64,000 nucleotides of DNA, from positions 12,736,850 through 12,800,849 of the forward strand of contig NC_134029.1 of assembly GCF_964204645.1 (NCBI RefSeq), read 5' to 3'. The position numbers and the translations under genes were made by a program. Under the pieces are notes generated by a model. It was not told the DNA's origin. It ran no database searches and was given only the letters and a program-made list of their open reading frames with translations. This DNA comes from Tubulanus polymorphus. Taxonomy: Eukaryota; Animalia; Nemertea. Of this stretch, positions 1 to 11,794 are shown piece by piece; position 1 is the stretch's first letter; the number at the start of each line of letters is the position of its first letter.

Positions 1-119
1 TACACCACTTCATGTAATACAGAGAGCATGGAATGCATTTATGAGGTAAATAATATTCAATATTTGAAATTATTCCATCTCATGTTTTATGAATTGATAA
101 ATATATTCATATATTGTAG

Positions 120-263
120 ATTACTTGATATCCAATGGAGGGAGGATTTCTGGTGTCCAATCTGCAGAGAAAATCCTGATGTGCTGGTTTGTGATGGAAT
201 AGACTTGGGATTTCGTAAAGATTTGGGAAATATGGCAAGAGTTCAAGAACAAGATTCTGCAGT
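120..263 (+). pseudogene. 5' part of a host (or transposon) exon interrupted by element A; CxxC..DG..LGFRK protein, possibly KDZ/HMGXB3-like
   Basis: AG at 118-119, then LDIQWREDFWCPICRENPDVLVCDGIDLGFRKDL...QDSAV. Reads in frame into 30116+ (VKKSGSKQKSQLAYMSPD...) once element A and one TSD are removed. Family call is from motif memory only. Confidence 0.5.
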
Positions 264-457
264 AGTAATAGGGGTTTAGTTGTTTCATACCAAAGGTCGA
301 GAGGTCGAGAAATTTTCCAAATGTGAAAATAACAATAATTTCTACTTGAATTAGTCGCGTACACTCCTAATTCAAGTAGAAATTATTGTTATTTTCACAT
401 TTGGAAAATTTATCAACCTCTCAACCTTTGATATGAAACAACTAAACCCCTATTACT
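264..457. repeat. 194-bp imperfect palindrome (fold-back) at the terminus of element A
   Basis: AGTAATAGGGGTTTAGTTGTTTCATA...CTACTTGAATTAG / CTAATTCAAGTAG...TATGAAACAACTAAACCCCTATTACT, apex at ~353-368; mirrored at ~29920..30109. Confidence 0.95.
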
Positions 458-554
458 CTATCTAATCACAAGTCTCATAATTTACAAGCCTCAACACGTT
501 GAGTATTGCATATTACATGTTGATTCTAGAACCATCCATCTAGAAAACTACATT

Positions 555-770
555 AGCCAATCACAGTTGAGTATTACTCTAGCCAATCACAGTTGAGTAT
601 TTCCAGCCAATCACAGTTGAATATTCCCTATTACTCTATCCAATCACAGTTGAGTATTTCCAGCCAATCACAGTTGAGTATTTTACTATTAATCTATCCA
701 ATCACAGTTGAGTATTACTCTATCCAATCACAGTTGAGTATTCCCTTACACTTGCCAATCACAAGCCTCA
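555..770 (+). repeat. Tandem array of 8 CCAATCAC(AGTTGAGTATT) units
   Basis: CCAATCACAG repeated with ~23-34 bp spacing; mirrored at ~29635..29822 and 12312-12320. Confidence 0.92.
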
Positions 771-883
771 TAATTTACAAGTCTCAACACGCAGCTGGGT
801 TTTCCCCACTGTTGAGTAGTATAAATAGGCGGGACTCACACGTGGTTGGACTCACAGGTGGCGGGACGCGTTGAGAGGTAAGT
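555..883 (+). promoter_or_regulatory. Putative RNA Pol II promoter and leader exon inside the A TIR
   Basis: CCAAT array, TATAAATA 820-827, GGCGGG 828-833 and 860-865, CACGTG 839-844, consensus 5' splice site GAG|GTAAGT 878-883. Confidence 0.55.
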
Positions 884-919
884 GTTATGTTCAATTTTAA
901 TAAAAAATTTGATATTAAA

Positions 920-3900
920 ATGGAAGCAAATAAGTACTACTGTTCAACATGTAATATCAATATAGATAAATCCCAAAAAGCAAGACACAATAGAACTAAA
1001 ACACATTTAGAGAATAAATTGAAATTAGAATATGAAGATGATATATTAGAAACTAAATTAGATGAATTAAAGAATGAAAAAGAAACTTATAAATGTGATA
1101 CATGTAATCAATCATTCAGTGATAAAAGATATTATAAAGAACATTTAAAATCTAAAAGTCATTTTAGAAATAAGAATAATGATATTTTAGGTGAAGATTA
1201 TTTTGATGAAGATAATGATAAGAAACAGAAGACAATTAAAAGCATAAAAAATAAATTAAACAATAAAAGACCATACATGGAAGATGTAAGAAATTATATT
1301 AATTCATTAGATAATAAAAAAGATATTGAGATAACCGAAGCATTTAAAAGTGATATTGGCCCAGCAGCTATCGAGTTTAAATTTCATAAAGGAAAAACAT
1401 TAGAAGAAAATAAAAAACATTTAGAAAATATGAAAGAAATAATAAAAATGATTACAGATGTTGAATATCCTAAAATAAGTATATCAGTTAAAGTAAAGTT
1501 TATAAAATCTGAAGATAAACCAATATATAATATAAATTCTCATTCACAACATATTATATCTAAACAACATATAGATGATAAATTAGATAAATGTTATAAT
1601 GAAGTAAAAACTAAAATAGAAGAGAAATATTTTGAAGGATCTGGTTTAATATTTGATGAAATAATATTTATGACTTTACATGTTTATAACACAAAATATA
1701 ATAAGTTAACTAAATCAAAACCAATAGATGAAAATAATGTATCATATTATAAAGAACCAGATATTGAAGCATCGAGTTATATCAAACTACCATTTAAAAC
1801 TAATGCTGTTATAAACGTACAAAATGAAGATAATAAATGTTTTCTATGGGCTATAATAAGTTGTATACATCCAACAGAAGATATTACACATAGTTTTAGA
1901 TTAACTCATTATAAACCATTTGAAAATAATTATAAGATAGATAAGTATCCTGTTATAATTAAAGACATCCCAAAAATAGAAAGAGATAATAATTTAAGAA
2001 TAAATGTATTTGATTTAATTAAATTACCAAATACAAAAGGCAACAACATAAAACATTATACATTATAACCTTTATATCTATCAAAAGATTATGATTCAAA
2101 GGATGTTATAGATATATTATATTATGAGAATCATTATATGTGGATAAAACGTATTGATTTATTTTTCAAATCAGAAAATGATTTTGATAATAAAATATAT
2201 CTATGTAGAAAATGTATAACTAAATTCAGAACTGAAAGTGCATTATTAAATCATAAACAATTATGTGAAAATCATGATTATTGTAAATTAGTTTTACCAA
2301 ATGAAAAAGATAAAATATTAGAATTCAAAAAATATGATTACAAAAATAAAGTACCATTTGTTATATATGGAGATTTTGAATCATTAAATAAAGAACTAAC
2401 TGATCAAGATAGAAAAGAAATATATTATAAAAGAAAGAAATTAAATTTTAATGAAAATGATTTTTCAGATGAACCACCAAAAACAAATACTATTAAATAG
2501 ATTCATCAATCAGCTGCAGCTTTCGGGTTATATATTAAATCTGATTATCCAGAACTAATTGAAAGTGAATATTATGATTATAGAAATGAAAATGTTATCA
2601 ATCATTTTTGTGACTTATTAATTGAATATGAATTAAGATTTAGTAAATTATTAAATACAAATATAGAAATTATAATGACAGAAGAAGATAAAGAAGAATT
2701 TGTGTTTTCAGGTAAATGTTATTATTGTGAAAAGATATTTAATTATAAAGATAAAAAAGTAAGAGACCATGATCATTTGAATGGAAAGTTTAGAGGCGCT
2801 GCACATGAGAATTGTAACTTACAAGCTAAGAAAATTAATTTTGTACCAGTTATATTTCATAATCTATCTGGATATGATGCACATTTATTTATCAAACAGT
2901 TATGTCATAAAATAGAAGAAATTAATAATGAAATAGAAATATTAAATTCAAATAGATCAAAAGATAAAATACCAACTTATAAATTTAGAATGTTAGCTAA
3001 AACATCTGAGAATTATATATCATTCCAATTTGGTTGCCTCAGATTTATAGATTCATATAGATTTTTAAATAGTTCATTAGATAACTTATCAAAATCATTA
3101 GTTGATGATGAATTAAGAATATTAAAGCAACACTACCCAAATAATGATGATTTTCAATTAATGAGATATAAAGGTGCAATTCCATATTCATTTTATAAAT
3201 CACATAATGATTTCAATATAACTGAATTATTGAAAGAGCAATTCTATGATGAATTAAAAAATGAATATGTTAAAGATAAAGTATATAATAGAACATTGAA
3301 TATTTGGAATCATTTCAAAATAGAAAATCATGGGCAATTAGTAGATTTATATTTAAAATCAGATGTATTATTATTAACCGATATATTCGAAAGGTTTAGA
3401 GATGTAAACCTAAAATATTTCAATATTGATCCTTGTCATTGTTATTCATCACCAGGATTAACATGGGATTGTGGATTAAAATTTACAAAAATAAAAATGG
3501 ATTTGTTAACAAATATAGATCAATTACTATTATTTGAAAAATCTATAAGAGGAGGTGTTTCAGGTGTATTAGGTGATAGATATTTCAATGTAAATGATAA
3601 CCCCGGATATAAGTTATTATATATAGATGCAAATAATTTGTATGGTTGGGCAATGATGGAACCACAACCTTATGGAGTATTTGAATTACCTGAAGTTTTA
3701 CAGAATGAAAATAATGTTAAATTTGATTGGAAGAAAAGAATTCTAGATATTGCAGATGATTCAGATACTGGTTACTTCTTTGTTGTAGATTTAGAATATC
3801 CTGAACATATTAAATTTAAATCTAGAAATCTAGCTTACTGCCCCGAACATAAAACTGTAACTCATGAAGAATTATCAAGTTATCAAAAAAGAATTAAACC

Positions 3901-3978
3901 TGAAAATCATATTCATACAGAAAAGTTAATGGTAACTCAAGAAGATAAATATAATTATGTAGTACATTATAGAATGTT
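920..3978 (+). pseudogene. polB: Protein-primed family B DNA polymerase of element A (nonsense stops, 3'-truncated)
   Basis: ORFs 887-2068, 2138-2500 and 2675-4018 are in one frame and nearly identical to the B polymerase; YGDFES, DHDH..G.FRG..H..CN and YIDANNLYGWAM present; breaks off after VHYRML. Confidence 0.95.
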
Positions 3979-5341
3979 ACAGATACAATTGTTAACGAAT
4001 TATTACCAACAGTTGTAATAGATGAAATTGATTCAGAAGGTGTTGTAGAACAAATTTTTAAAGATGACCCATATTTCACGAATAATTTAGAATTTAAAAA
4101 TGATTCATGGTATTATAATGTTAATTTAAATAACAAAATTGTATCAATTCAATTATCTAAAATGGTTCAAGAAAATATTTTTGAACCTGAAATGTTAGCA
4201 AGATCTACAATTGAACGTTCAAAAGGTGGCGCAGAATTTCTCAGAATTATATGGATTGCAGTCGATAGAATAAATGAAGAAGAACCAATTCCTAATATTG
4301 ATATAAACAAATATTCACCATTTAAAAATCCAAATTCAAATCCTACTGATTTTGATCCAGAATTGGAAGAGAATAGAAATCGATTAGATAGATTAAGATC
4401 TTCAACACCCGAAACATCGAGAAGAGACACTCAACAAATTGATAATTATTCAAGTCAATTACAATTAACATTAGAAAAACAAATTGATAGATTAAGTGAT
4501 TCAGAAGAAGAAATGAATAGTACTGGAATAAATCGACTGCGATACTGGAAAAGGATTTCTTAATTTAACTGATGAAGAAATAGAAACATTTCCTGAACAA
4601 ATACGTAGAGAAATTAAAGGTATACAAGTATCATCTGATGAAATTGCTAATATTAAGATGAGATTTTCTAAAATAACCATGTTAGAAAAAGAATTAGTTA
4701 ATGCAGATGAAGAATTAAAACAATTAGAATTAAATAGAGATCATCAAGTAGTTTATGAAGCTGATTATGAAAGCAGAAAGTTAGCTTTAGTAAAAGAAAT
4801 AGATGATTTAGAATATAACATAAAATTACAAAAAGAAGAAAGAGATATATTATTAAAATCATATGATCTTAATCATATTAAAAAATTAAAAGTTATTTTT
4901 AAAGATTTGTTGATAAAACCAGATTCTGAAATATCATTGAAAGATAGAATAAAGTTATTATTTAAATTAGAAGGAATAACAATTCTTTCAATTCTAACAG
5001 CTGTAACTATGTTATTTACAACAATTGGTTTAGCTATATCAAATGCTTTAAAATCTACTCCTACTCCCACTCCTAACAAACCGGATAAACCCCCAGGTAA
5101 TAATTCTATACAAGATAAACTTAAAGATGGTTTAAAGAAATTAGCAAAATATTTATGGGAACTATCAAAGAAATCTGCTGCAGCTTTACCAGGAATTATT
5201 GCATCAATTGTTGGTTTTATATTGAAATCTGCAGGAAACATTATTAACTTTGCTGCTGAACATATTATTTTATTTTTAATTACAGTTGTAAGTGCTATTA
5301 TTTTTGGATTAGTAAACATGATATCAAAAAATATCAAGTAA
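3979..5341 (+). pseudogene. 5'-truncated homolog of B 20732..22448 (acidic/coiled-coil membrane protein)
   Basis: Sequence from ACAGATACAATTGTTAACG matches B from ~21062; ORFs 4162-4563 and 4658-5341, the latter with two hydrophobic regions. Confidence 0.85.
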
Positions 5342-5381
5342 CCATGATCAAAAATAAATAATTAATTTTTTTGTTAAATAA

Positions 5382-6588
5382 ATGAGTGGGAGTTATATCA
5401 ATCCTTCTAAGAATCATAGAATATCTGATGCTATTAAAGCAGAAAGATCACATCGTATAATTACTCATAACCCTTCAAATATTAATCCCGATGAAACTTT
5501 ATACGTTAGAATCCCTCGATTAACACATTATAAAAGTAATCGGTAATAATAATAATTATGTTGTTGATAATGTTGGAAGATATTTGATTAAAAAGTTAAC
5601 AATAAAGATTGGTCCAGAAACAGTTTTCTCATTAGATGATTATAATTTATTTATGCATTATAAAGATTTATGGTTAACTAAAGAAAATAGAAATAATATG
5701 ATATTTCAAGGCATCCAATCAGAAAACCAAAATAAATTAAGATCAGAAGCTAATAGCGCAATATTAACTAATGCTGTAGATAAATTGATAAAAAGTATAT
5801 ATGGAAGCAAATATAAAATTCCATTAGACTTTGAATTGATAAATAATAATGCACCTTTATATAAATACGCAATTCAAGAAGACGTTATATTCGAAATAAC
5901 ATTTGCTCCTGTAAATGAAATTGTATTATCTAGCGTTAATAAAGATATGAGTTATAAATTATCGAATATATGTTTAGAATATGATACAGTAACTGATGAA
6001 AATTTTTCAAGTATAATTCAAACTCAATACAATCAAGGATTTTCATTATTATATGATTATATTGATAAATTTAAAACCGTAACTATTAATGCAAATGATG
6101 AAATAATTAATGAGAATATTAACTTCCCAAGAAGATCTATTAAAGGTATATTAATATTTTTTACCATTGCAACATATACTAATGGCGCAATAAATGTTGA
6201 TAATTATTATAATCCTGAAATAACAAAAGTAGAAATAACTATCGAAGGAATAGCAAATAAAATATTTTGTCAAGGAATGAGAATGATTGATCAATGGCCA
6301 GAAATTAGAAAACATTTTATGAATGAAAAAGTGAAATCATCTGAAAATTGTAACATTAATCAAATTGATTATTATACCGGCAATAAATATGCATTATGGT
6401 TAGATTTTAGAACAACAGAGGATAATTCATTACATGGTTCTGGAAAAAAACTACAGAACACTAAAGATGGAATACAATTATTCATGACAAAGAATAAAGG
6501 AATCAAAAATTTTAAAATGCACATTTATATTATATCTGACGCGCAATTAAATATTGTAAATTCTCAATTAAATAGTGTTATGTATTAA
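5382..6588 (+). pseudogene. Putative double jelly-roll major capsid protein of A (frameshifting deletion at ~5527)
   Basis: TAAATG start at 5382; homologous to B 22494..23741; KYALWLDFRTTEDNSLHGSG; size and position fit a polinton MCP. Confidence 0.75.
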
Positions 6589-6620
6589 AATTTTAACTTT
6601 AATAAAAAATCTTATATTAA

Positions 6621-7784
6621 ATGGAAGGTGGTAAAGTATATAAACATATTCCATACATCGATACACATGAAAATAATGATGGTTTATATTATGTAATACC
6701 TTTTAATATAGCTTTGATATTTGATCCTATTTTCAAAATTTATAAAACTAAACTAATAGAAATCGATAATAATAAAAGTGAAGTTGTTGATAATTTAAGT
6801 AATGTAATTGATAATAATGTAATACCTTCTACATCTAATAATATAATACCTACTACATCTAATAATGATAAGATTGAACCTGATATCAAAACCAAAAAGA
6901 CAAATGAAAAATATTGTGATGTATGTAAGAAATATATATCATATAAAAATTGGGCATCACATAAGAAATCAAATAAACATATAGAAAAAGAAAAGAATAA
7001 TAATGATAATAATATATCTGATAATAATATAATAGATAATATCATAGATAATGTTAATACAATTGAAACAAATGATACCATAGATAATATAACAGATAAT
7101 GTTAATACAATTGAAACAAATGATACCATAGATAATATAACAGATAATGTTGATACAATTGAAACTAATGATAATGAAACAATTGATGATTCTAAAAAAC
7201 ATTGTAACATTTGTAATTTAGATATTTCTAAAAGTAATTTTTCTAAACATAAAAAATCTCAAGCGCATATAGAAAATGAAAAGAAATTAGAAGAAATAGA
7301 AAGAAATAAAATGTGTCAATATTGTAATAAGAAAATTGAACCTGTTGATGAAAATACTCATTATAAATCAAAGTTACATCTAATTAATGTTTATAAAATG
7401 GTGAGTATGATACCATTGTTAAATAACCCAAATAAATATATCAGATATTTTAATCCTAAAACTAACCAATATTATATATTCTATAAGTTGTTATTTGATA
7501 AATTATTAGCTTATGCAGAAGATAATCCTAAACAAATATATAAATTGTTATATTTAAGAAAAATAGATTTAAATTATCTGATAACTAATTTTGGATATCA
7601 TTTTGATTTTGATTATGATGATTTTGATGAATACTTAGAAAAATTAAGAGAAAAAGCTAATTTACCTACTAATAATTATGTTAAGATGGCTCAATTAAAA
7701 TTAATAAATCTACCTAAGACTTTTGGTGAATTAGATATAAACAGAGATGATTTTATAAATATATTAGAAACAAAATTAGAATAA
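6621..7784 (+). CDS. C2H2-type (C-x2-C-x9-H-x5-H) zinc-finger protein with Asn/Asp/Thr repeats
   Basis: CDVC..H..H, CNIC..H..H, CQYC..H..H; 51-bp tandem repeat (DNVNTIETNDTIDNIT); TAAATG start. Confidence 0.85.
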   Translation: MEGGKVYKHIPYIDTHENNDGLYYVIPFNIALIFDPIFKIYKTKLIEIDNNKSEVVDNLSNVIDNNVIPSTSNNIIPTTSNNDKIEPDIKTKKTNEKYCDVCKKYISYKNWASHKKSNKHIEKEKNNNDNNISDNNIIDNIIDNVNTIETNDTIDNITDNVNTIETNDTIDNITDNVDTIETNDNETIDDSKKHCNICNLDISKSNFSKHKKSQAHIENEKKLEEIERNKMCQYCNKKIEPVDENTHYKSKLHLINVYKMVSMIPLLNNPNKYIRYFNPKTNQYYIFYKLLFDKLLAYAEDNPKQIYKLLYLRKIDLNYLITNFGYHFDFDYDDFDEYLEKLREKANLPTNNYVKMAQLKLINLPKTFGELDINRDDFINILETKLE

Positions 7785-8185
7785 TTATTATAAAACTAAT
7801 TTATATAACTTTATACTAGACGTACGTAAGAATTCTTACCAAAATTCTTACTTTCTTACTTTCTTGGCAAGAATCTTACTTTCTTGTACGTCTAGTACAT
7901 AGATATATAATTTAGTTTTCATAAAAATTAAAAACATAAAATTATTAATCTAAGTATAGAAATAGTTATAATATAATCTATTTTTATTTTTATTAAGAGA
8001 AAACATATAATTTATTCATTTTTATAATTTAAATTTAGAATAATTATTATAAAACTAATTTATATATCTATATACTAGACGTACGTAAGAATTCTTACCA
8101 AGATTCTTACTTTCTTGGCAAGAATCTTACTTTCTTACTCGTACGTCTAGTACATAGATATATAAATTAGTTTCTATAATATTCC
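7775..8185. terminator. Two tandem ~140-bp hairpin units between convergent gene blocks (putative 3'-end signal or origin)
   Basis: ACTAGACGTAC...GTACGTCTAGT inverted repeats enclosing CTTACTTT repeats, present twice. Confidence 0.45.
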
Positions 8186-8197
8186 AAATTATAAATT

Positions 8198-8809
8198 TTA
8201 TTTTATAAATTTATATTCATATGGAAATTGTAGTCTCAGTAATAATTTTGAACCTTTATTATTCTTTAATTTATTCATATATTCATCGTGTAATTCAGTA
8301 GGTATAATTTGATTTTCTTCCAATGATTGTTGCATAGATTTTTTATCTTTGTTATAAAATAAAACTAGAAATCTAATGTTTTCTCTAAAGTCTTTAACAA
8401 TTGAATTATATTTTTGATTTAAAACCCAAGTTGTTATCCCAAAATGTTTCCCAGAGAAAGCTAGATAACATAACTCACTTTCTCTAACTTTTGAATCATG
8501 TAAATTTGCGCAATCATCTATAATGAATAATGTATTTGATCCTTTATAAGTATCAATTGCTATTTTTATACAATTATCTAAATTTTCTTTTACTGTTTTA
8601 GGATCTAATATAATAAACTTTTTCATCTTAACTATATCTCTACTATATGTTTTATTCATTTCATAAGTAGGACAGAATAATATTATATTATCAAAATGAT
8701 TCTTATAAATAGTTTCTAACAAGTCTAATATGAAATGTGTTTTACCACAATTGGTTACTCCAGTTATTAACATATTATGCGGTTCAAATATAAATAAATC
8801 TTTATTCAT
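8198..8809 (-). CDS. A32/FtsK-like genome-packaging ATPase (element A)
   Basis: Walker A GVTNCGKT, Walker B FIIDD; GKH here where B and C have GRH, so possibly defective; LNQKY. Confidence 0.92.
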   Translation of the reverse strand: MNKDLFIFEPHNMLITGVTNCGKTHFILDLLETIYKNHFDNIILFCPTYEMNKTYSRDIVKMKKFIILDPKTVKENLDNCIKIAIDTYKGSNTLFIIDDCANLHDSKVRESELCYLAFSGKHFGITTWVLNQKYNSIVKDFRENIRFLVLFYNKDKKSMQQSLEENQIIPTELHDEYMNKLKNNKGSKLLLRLQFPYEYKFIK

Positions 8810-9914
8810 TTATTCTTTTAATTTTACTAGATAAAATCCATTCATTAAATTTATCATCATATCCTTTATATTTCACCAAAGAATACTTTTTTCCTTTAAG
8901 AGTTTTTGTTTTCAATACTTTTTCTATTTTGTATTCTATTTCATCTGGATTTGGTACAAGTGATAATTCTTGTTCATAGAAATAACCTAATATTTCTTCA
9001 TCTTTTAAATCTTCTAATTTATAAACAAAAGGTTTAGTTAATATTATCTTTTTAATCTTGAATATTTCTTCTGTAAAATTTGGGGTATAACCTTTATAAA
9101 AGGTTTTTCTACATTTAGATATTCTTACGTGTTGTCATATTTTAAATCTAGGTTCACCGAAATCATGTGTAACAAACGCACCATATAAATTATTCCAAAC
9201 TATTTCTGAATTATCTTCTTTTCTAGCTTATATAGGTTTCATATTTATAGAACTATGTTTAGAATTATTATAACCTTTCACTAAATCATCTAACACATCG
9301 ATATATTTATATGTTTCATTAGCAGTAAAATATTTCCACATTCTAGTTTTCAATGTTTTATTAAATCTTTCTATAATAGATGCTTTTTTATCTGAGTGTG
9401 TTGAAAAATACTCTACATCGTTATCAGATAATAGTTTTTTAAAATGTTTGTTATAAAATTCCTTACCTTCATCAAATTGTATCTTATCTGGAATAGCTTC
9501 TTTAAATATTGATTTAAAAGCATTTGTAACTTCTATACCAGTTTTATTTTTGATTGGAATTGACCATGCATATCTACTGAATATATCTATAACATTTAAT
9601 ATCCAGAAATATCCTTTGTTGTATTCTTCTAAGTTCTTCATGTCAATTAAATCTGCTTGCCATTGTTGATCGATATATGAAACCATAACTTTTCTTGTTA
9701 AATAAGTTTTATCCATTTTCTTGTGGATTTGATATGTTGGTTGATTTTGTAACCATGATTTTAATTCACTATATTTTATATTGCCATGTGGGTGCCGTAC
9801 GGCACCATTTTCATTATCAGATTTAATTTTATTCCATAATTCTGAAACGTTAGAATATGATACTTCACTTTCTAGGTTATAATATAAATCTCTTAAATAT
9901 TGTTCTTTTTTCAT
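8806..9914 (-). pseudogene. Retroviral-type (rve) integrase with C-terminal chromodomain (element A, internal stops)
   Basis: WQADLID, IQFDEGKEF, IERFNKTLK; continues past stops at ~9228 and ~9135 to YKIEKVL...VKYKGYDDKFNEWI. Confidence 0.93.
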
Positions 9915-9920
9915 CTTATT

Positions 9921-10280
9921 TTAATCCATTAATATTAATCTTGGTTTATTTTCAATGACTTTATCATTTGACTTATTTGGTATGATAGGTTTGTTGTTAT
10001 TGGAATCATTATTGTTATCATCAGATTTGAATTTTGATTTATATATTACACCGGAGAATATAATAATTGTGATTAACCCAATTGTAATATATAAGTAATT
10101 ATTTCTTCCACTATTAGAAGAATCAGATGGATTATTATTTGAATCAATATCAGGTGATTCATTTATATCAGTTAATTTCTTTTTCTTAGCTTTTTTTAAT
10201 TCTGCAGATCTTTTACCTAATTCTCTTGCCCATTTAATTTGTTTCTCGGATCTAGCCTTTTTCTTAACGCTATCACTCAT
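9921..10280 (-). CDS. Small basic single-TM protein
   Basis: Lys/Arg-rich N-terminus plus one hydrophobic helix; homologs in B (27069..27452) and C (33800..34168). Confidence 0.8.
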   Translation of the reverse strand: MSDSVKKKARSEKQIKWARELGKRSAELKKAKKKKLTDINESPDIDSNNNPSDSSNSGRNNYLYITIGLITIIIFSGVIYKSKFKSDDNNNDSNNNKPIIPNKSNDKVIENKPRLILMD

Positions 10281-10875
10281 TTATTTTAGTTAATTTTTGT
10301 TCTGATTCATTTTCTGTTTCGCTGTTTGGTTGTAGTACATCTGTTTCGTTCTTACCTGATTTATATTCCATAGGCTTGATGTTCGAAAATGTTATGACGC
10401 CAGTAGAAATTAATGTCATAACCGATCCTAATTGAAATGAAGCATATCCAACCCATTTTTGTAATTCAGTCATAACTAAGTAGTCATTTTTCAAATCACT
10501 ATATAATTTATTTTCATCATCAATTGGTATTAACTGGTTACATAACTTAGAATAACATTTGACAATACCATTCGAAATAGAATCATTTATTTTAGATAAT
10601 CTTGCCTCTTCATAAATCTTAAAATATTTTATTACTTTATCGGGTTTCATAGCATCTAATTCTTGAAAAGTAATAGTCTTAGTTAAAAACTCTTTAGTTT
10701 TTCCACCGGCAATCAATAGTTCTAGATGATGCTTACAATATAAATAGTATTCATAATCTATATTGTTATTAACTTGAATAGAATTAGAAACAACTGTATC
10801 TTTATTATCACTAATACCTTAATCATCTAATGTTTTTTCAATATCAATACTATTCTTATTAGATTTCTTTGACAT
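10273..10875 (-). pseudogene. Conserved hypothetical protein (homolog of the B 194-aa ORF), internal stop
   Basis: TAAATG start at 10875, TAA at ~10820, remainder is ORF 10273-10716. Confidence 0.8.
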
Positions 10876-11124
10876 TTATATTAGAGAAAAAAAGCAAAAA
10901 AAATATTATAAGTATTCTTCAAATGATACTAGATAGTTAAAGTTAAAGAACTCTAGTATTGACTACTGATACTAGCTATTTGAATTTAAAGAATTTCTAT
11001 TCGGATCTATTCAAAATATAAAGTATTCTCTTTTTGAAAAGAAAATATTAAAAATATAATAGAATTCACTGGTTAGTTGAAGTTGTGTAATTGTTAATAT
11101 TTTTTATTTGAGATATATTAATCT

Positions 11125-11794
11125 TTAACCACTCATTAAAGACTCAACGTATTGTTCATTATTTGGATCATTGTTCCATTGATCAATAAATTTCTTTGCC
11201 TTTGTTAACTGTTCTAAATATAACTGTAAATCTAGTTTATTAGATTTAATTATGTTTTCCTTTCTTTTCTAAAGGTCTTAAATTCTTCCAATTCCAAATA
11301 AGTTTTTTATTGTATTCATCATTCATGTTGAATTTAGATATTGGTAACACGTGATCAATATGGTAATAATCCCCATAATTATCTATATTCATTTTATCAT
11401 CGAATTGATATATTATCCATGATTTGAGAAATTCATCTGAACAACCCAACAAATTAGATAGTGTTTCTGAATGTGTTTCTTTGTTGAATAATTGTGTTAA
11501 TCTAGTCCTTAAGCATTGTTTCAATCTAAAATTAAGATCTGTTTGATATCTTTCTCTCATATATTCTGCCATATAATAATTATAATGTTCTATATTACCT
11601 TCTCGATATTGTTTGGTATATAGTTTAGTACAAGTTTTACAACAATATTGAAAACCATCTTTGCTAATCTTACGCTTACTAAATTCTGTTGAAGCTAATT
11701 TATCTAATTCACATTTAGAACACTTCTTGTAGTATATGTTTATAACACCAGTGTTATTTGTAATATTGATAGTTTGTGGTTGTTCTGGTTCCAT
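11125..11794 (-). pseudogene. HNH endonuclease with N-terminal Cys4 zinc module (element A, frameshift near 3' end)
   Basis: CSKC...CKTC, HIDHVLP, WKNLRPL; homolog of B 28279..28941. Confidence 0.85.

Larger units (their letters stand above)
264..1033 (+). repeat. Left TIR of element A: terminal fold-back, CCAAT array and 5' end of polB
   Basis: Reverse complement is found at 12042..12325 plus 29626..30109, split by element B. Confidence 0.93.

Noticed and set aside
555-770. CCAATCACAGTTGAGTATT array as a CRISPR array
   Set aside because: Spacers are only a few bp and themselves repetitive; no cas genes; eukaryotic context.
593-874. 93-aa ORF (and mirror 29560..29784)
   Set aside because: Translation of the tandem repeat with a non-ATG start; no protein-like features.
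4873-5337. Antisense ORFs over element genes (also 4167-4430, 6740-7210, 20881-21162, 21980-22453, 24106-24438, 33927-34202, 38541-38804)
   Set aside because: Shadows of sense-strand codon bias; no TAAATG starts or motifs.
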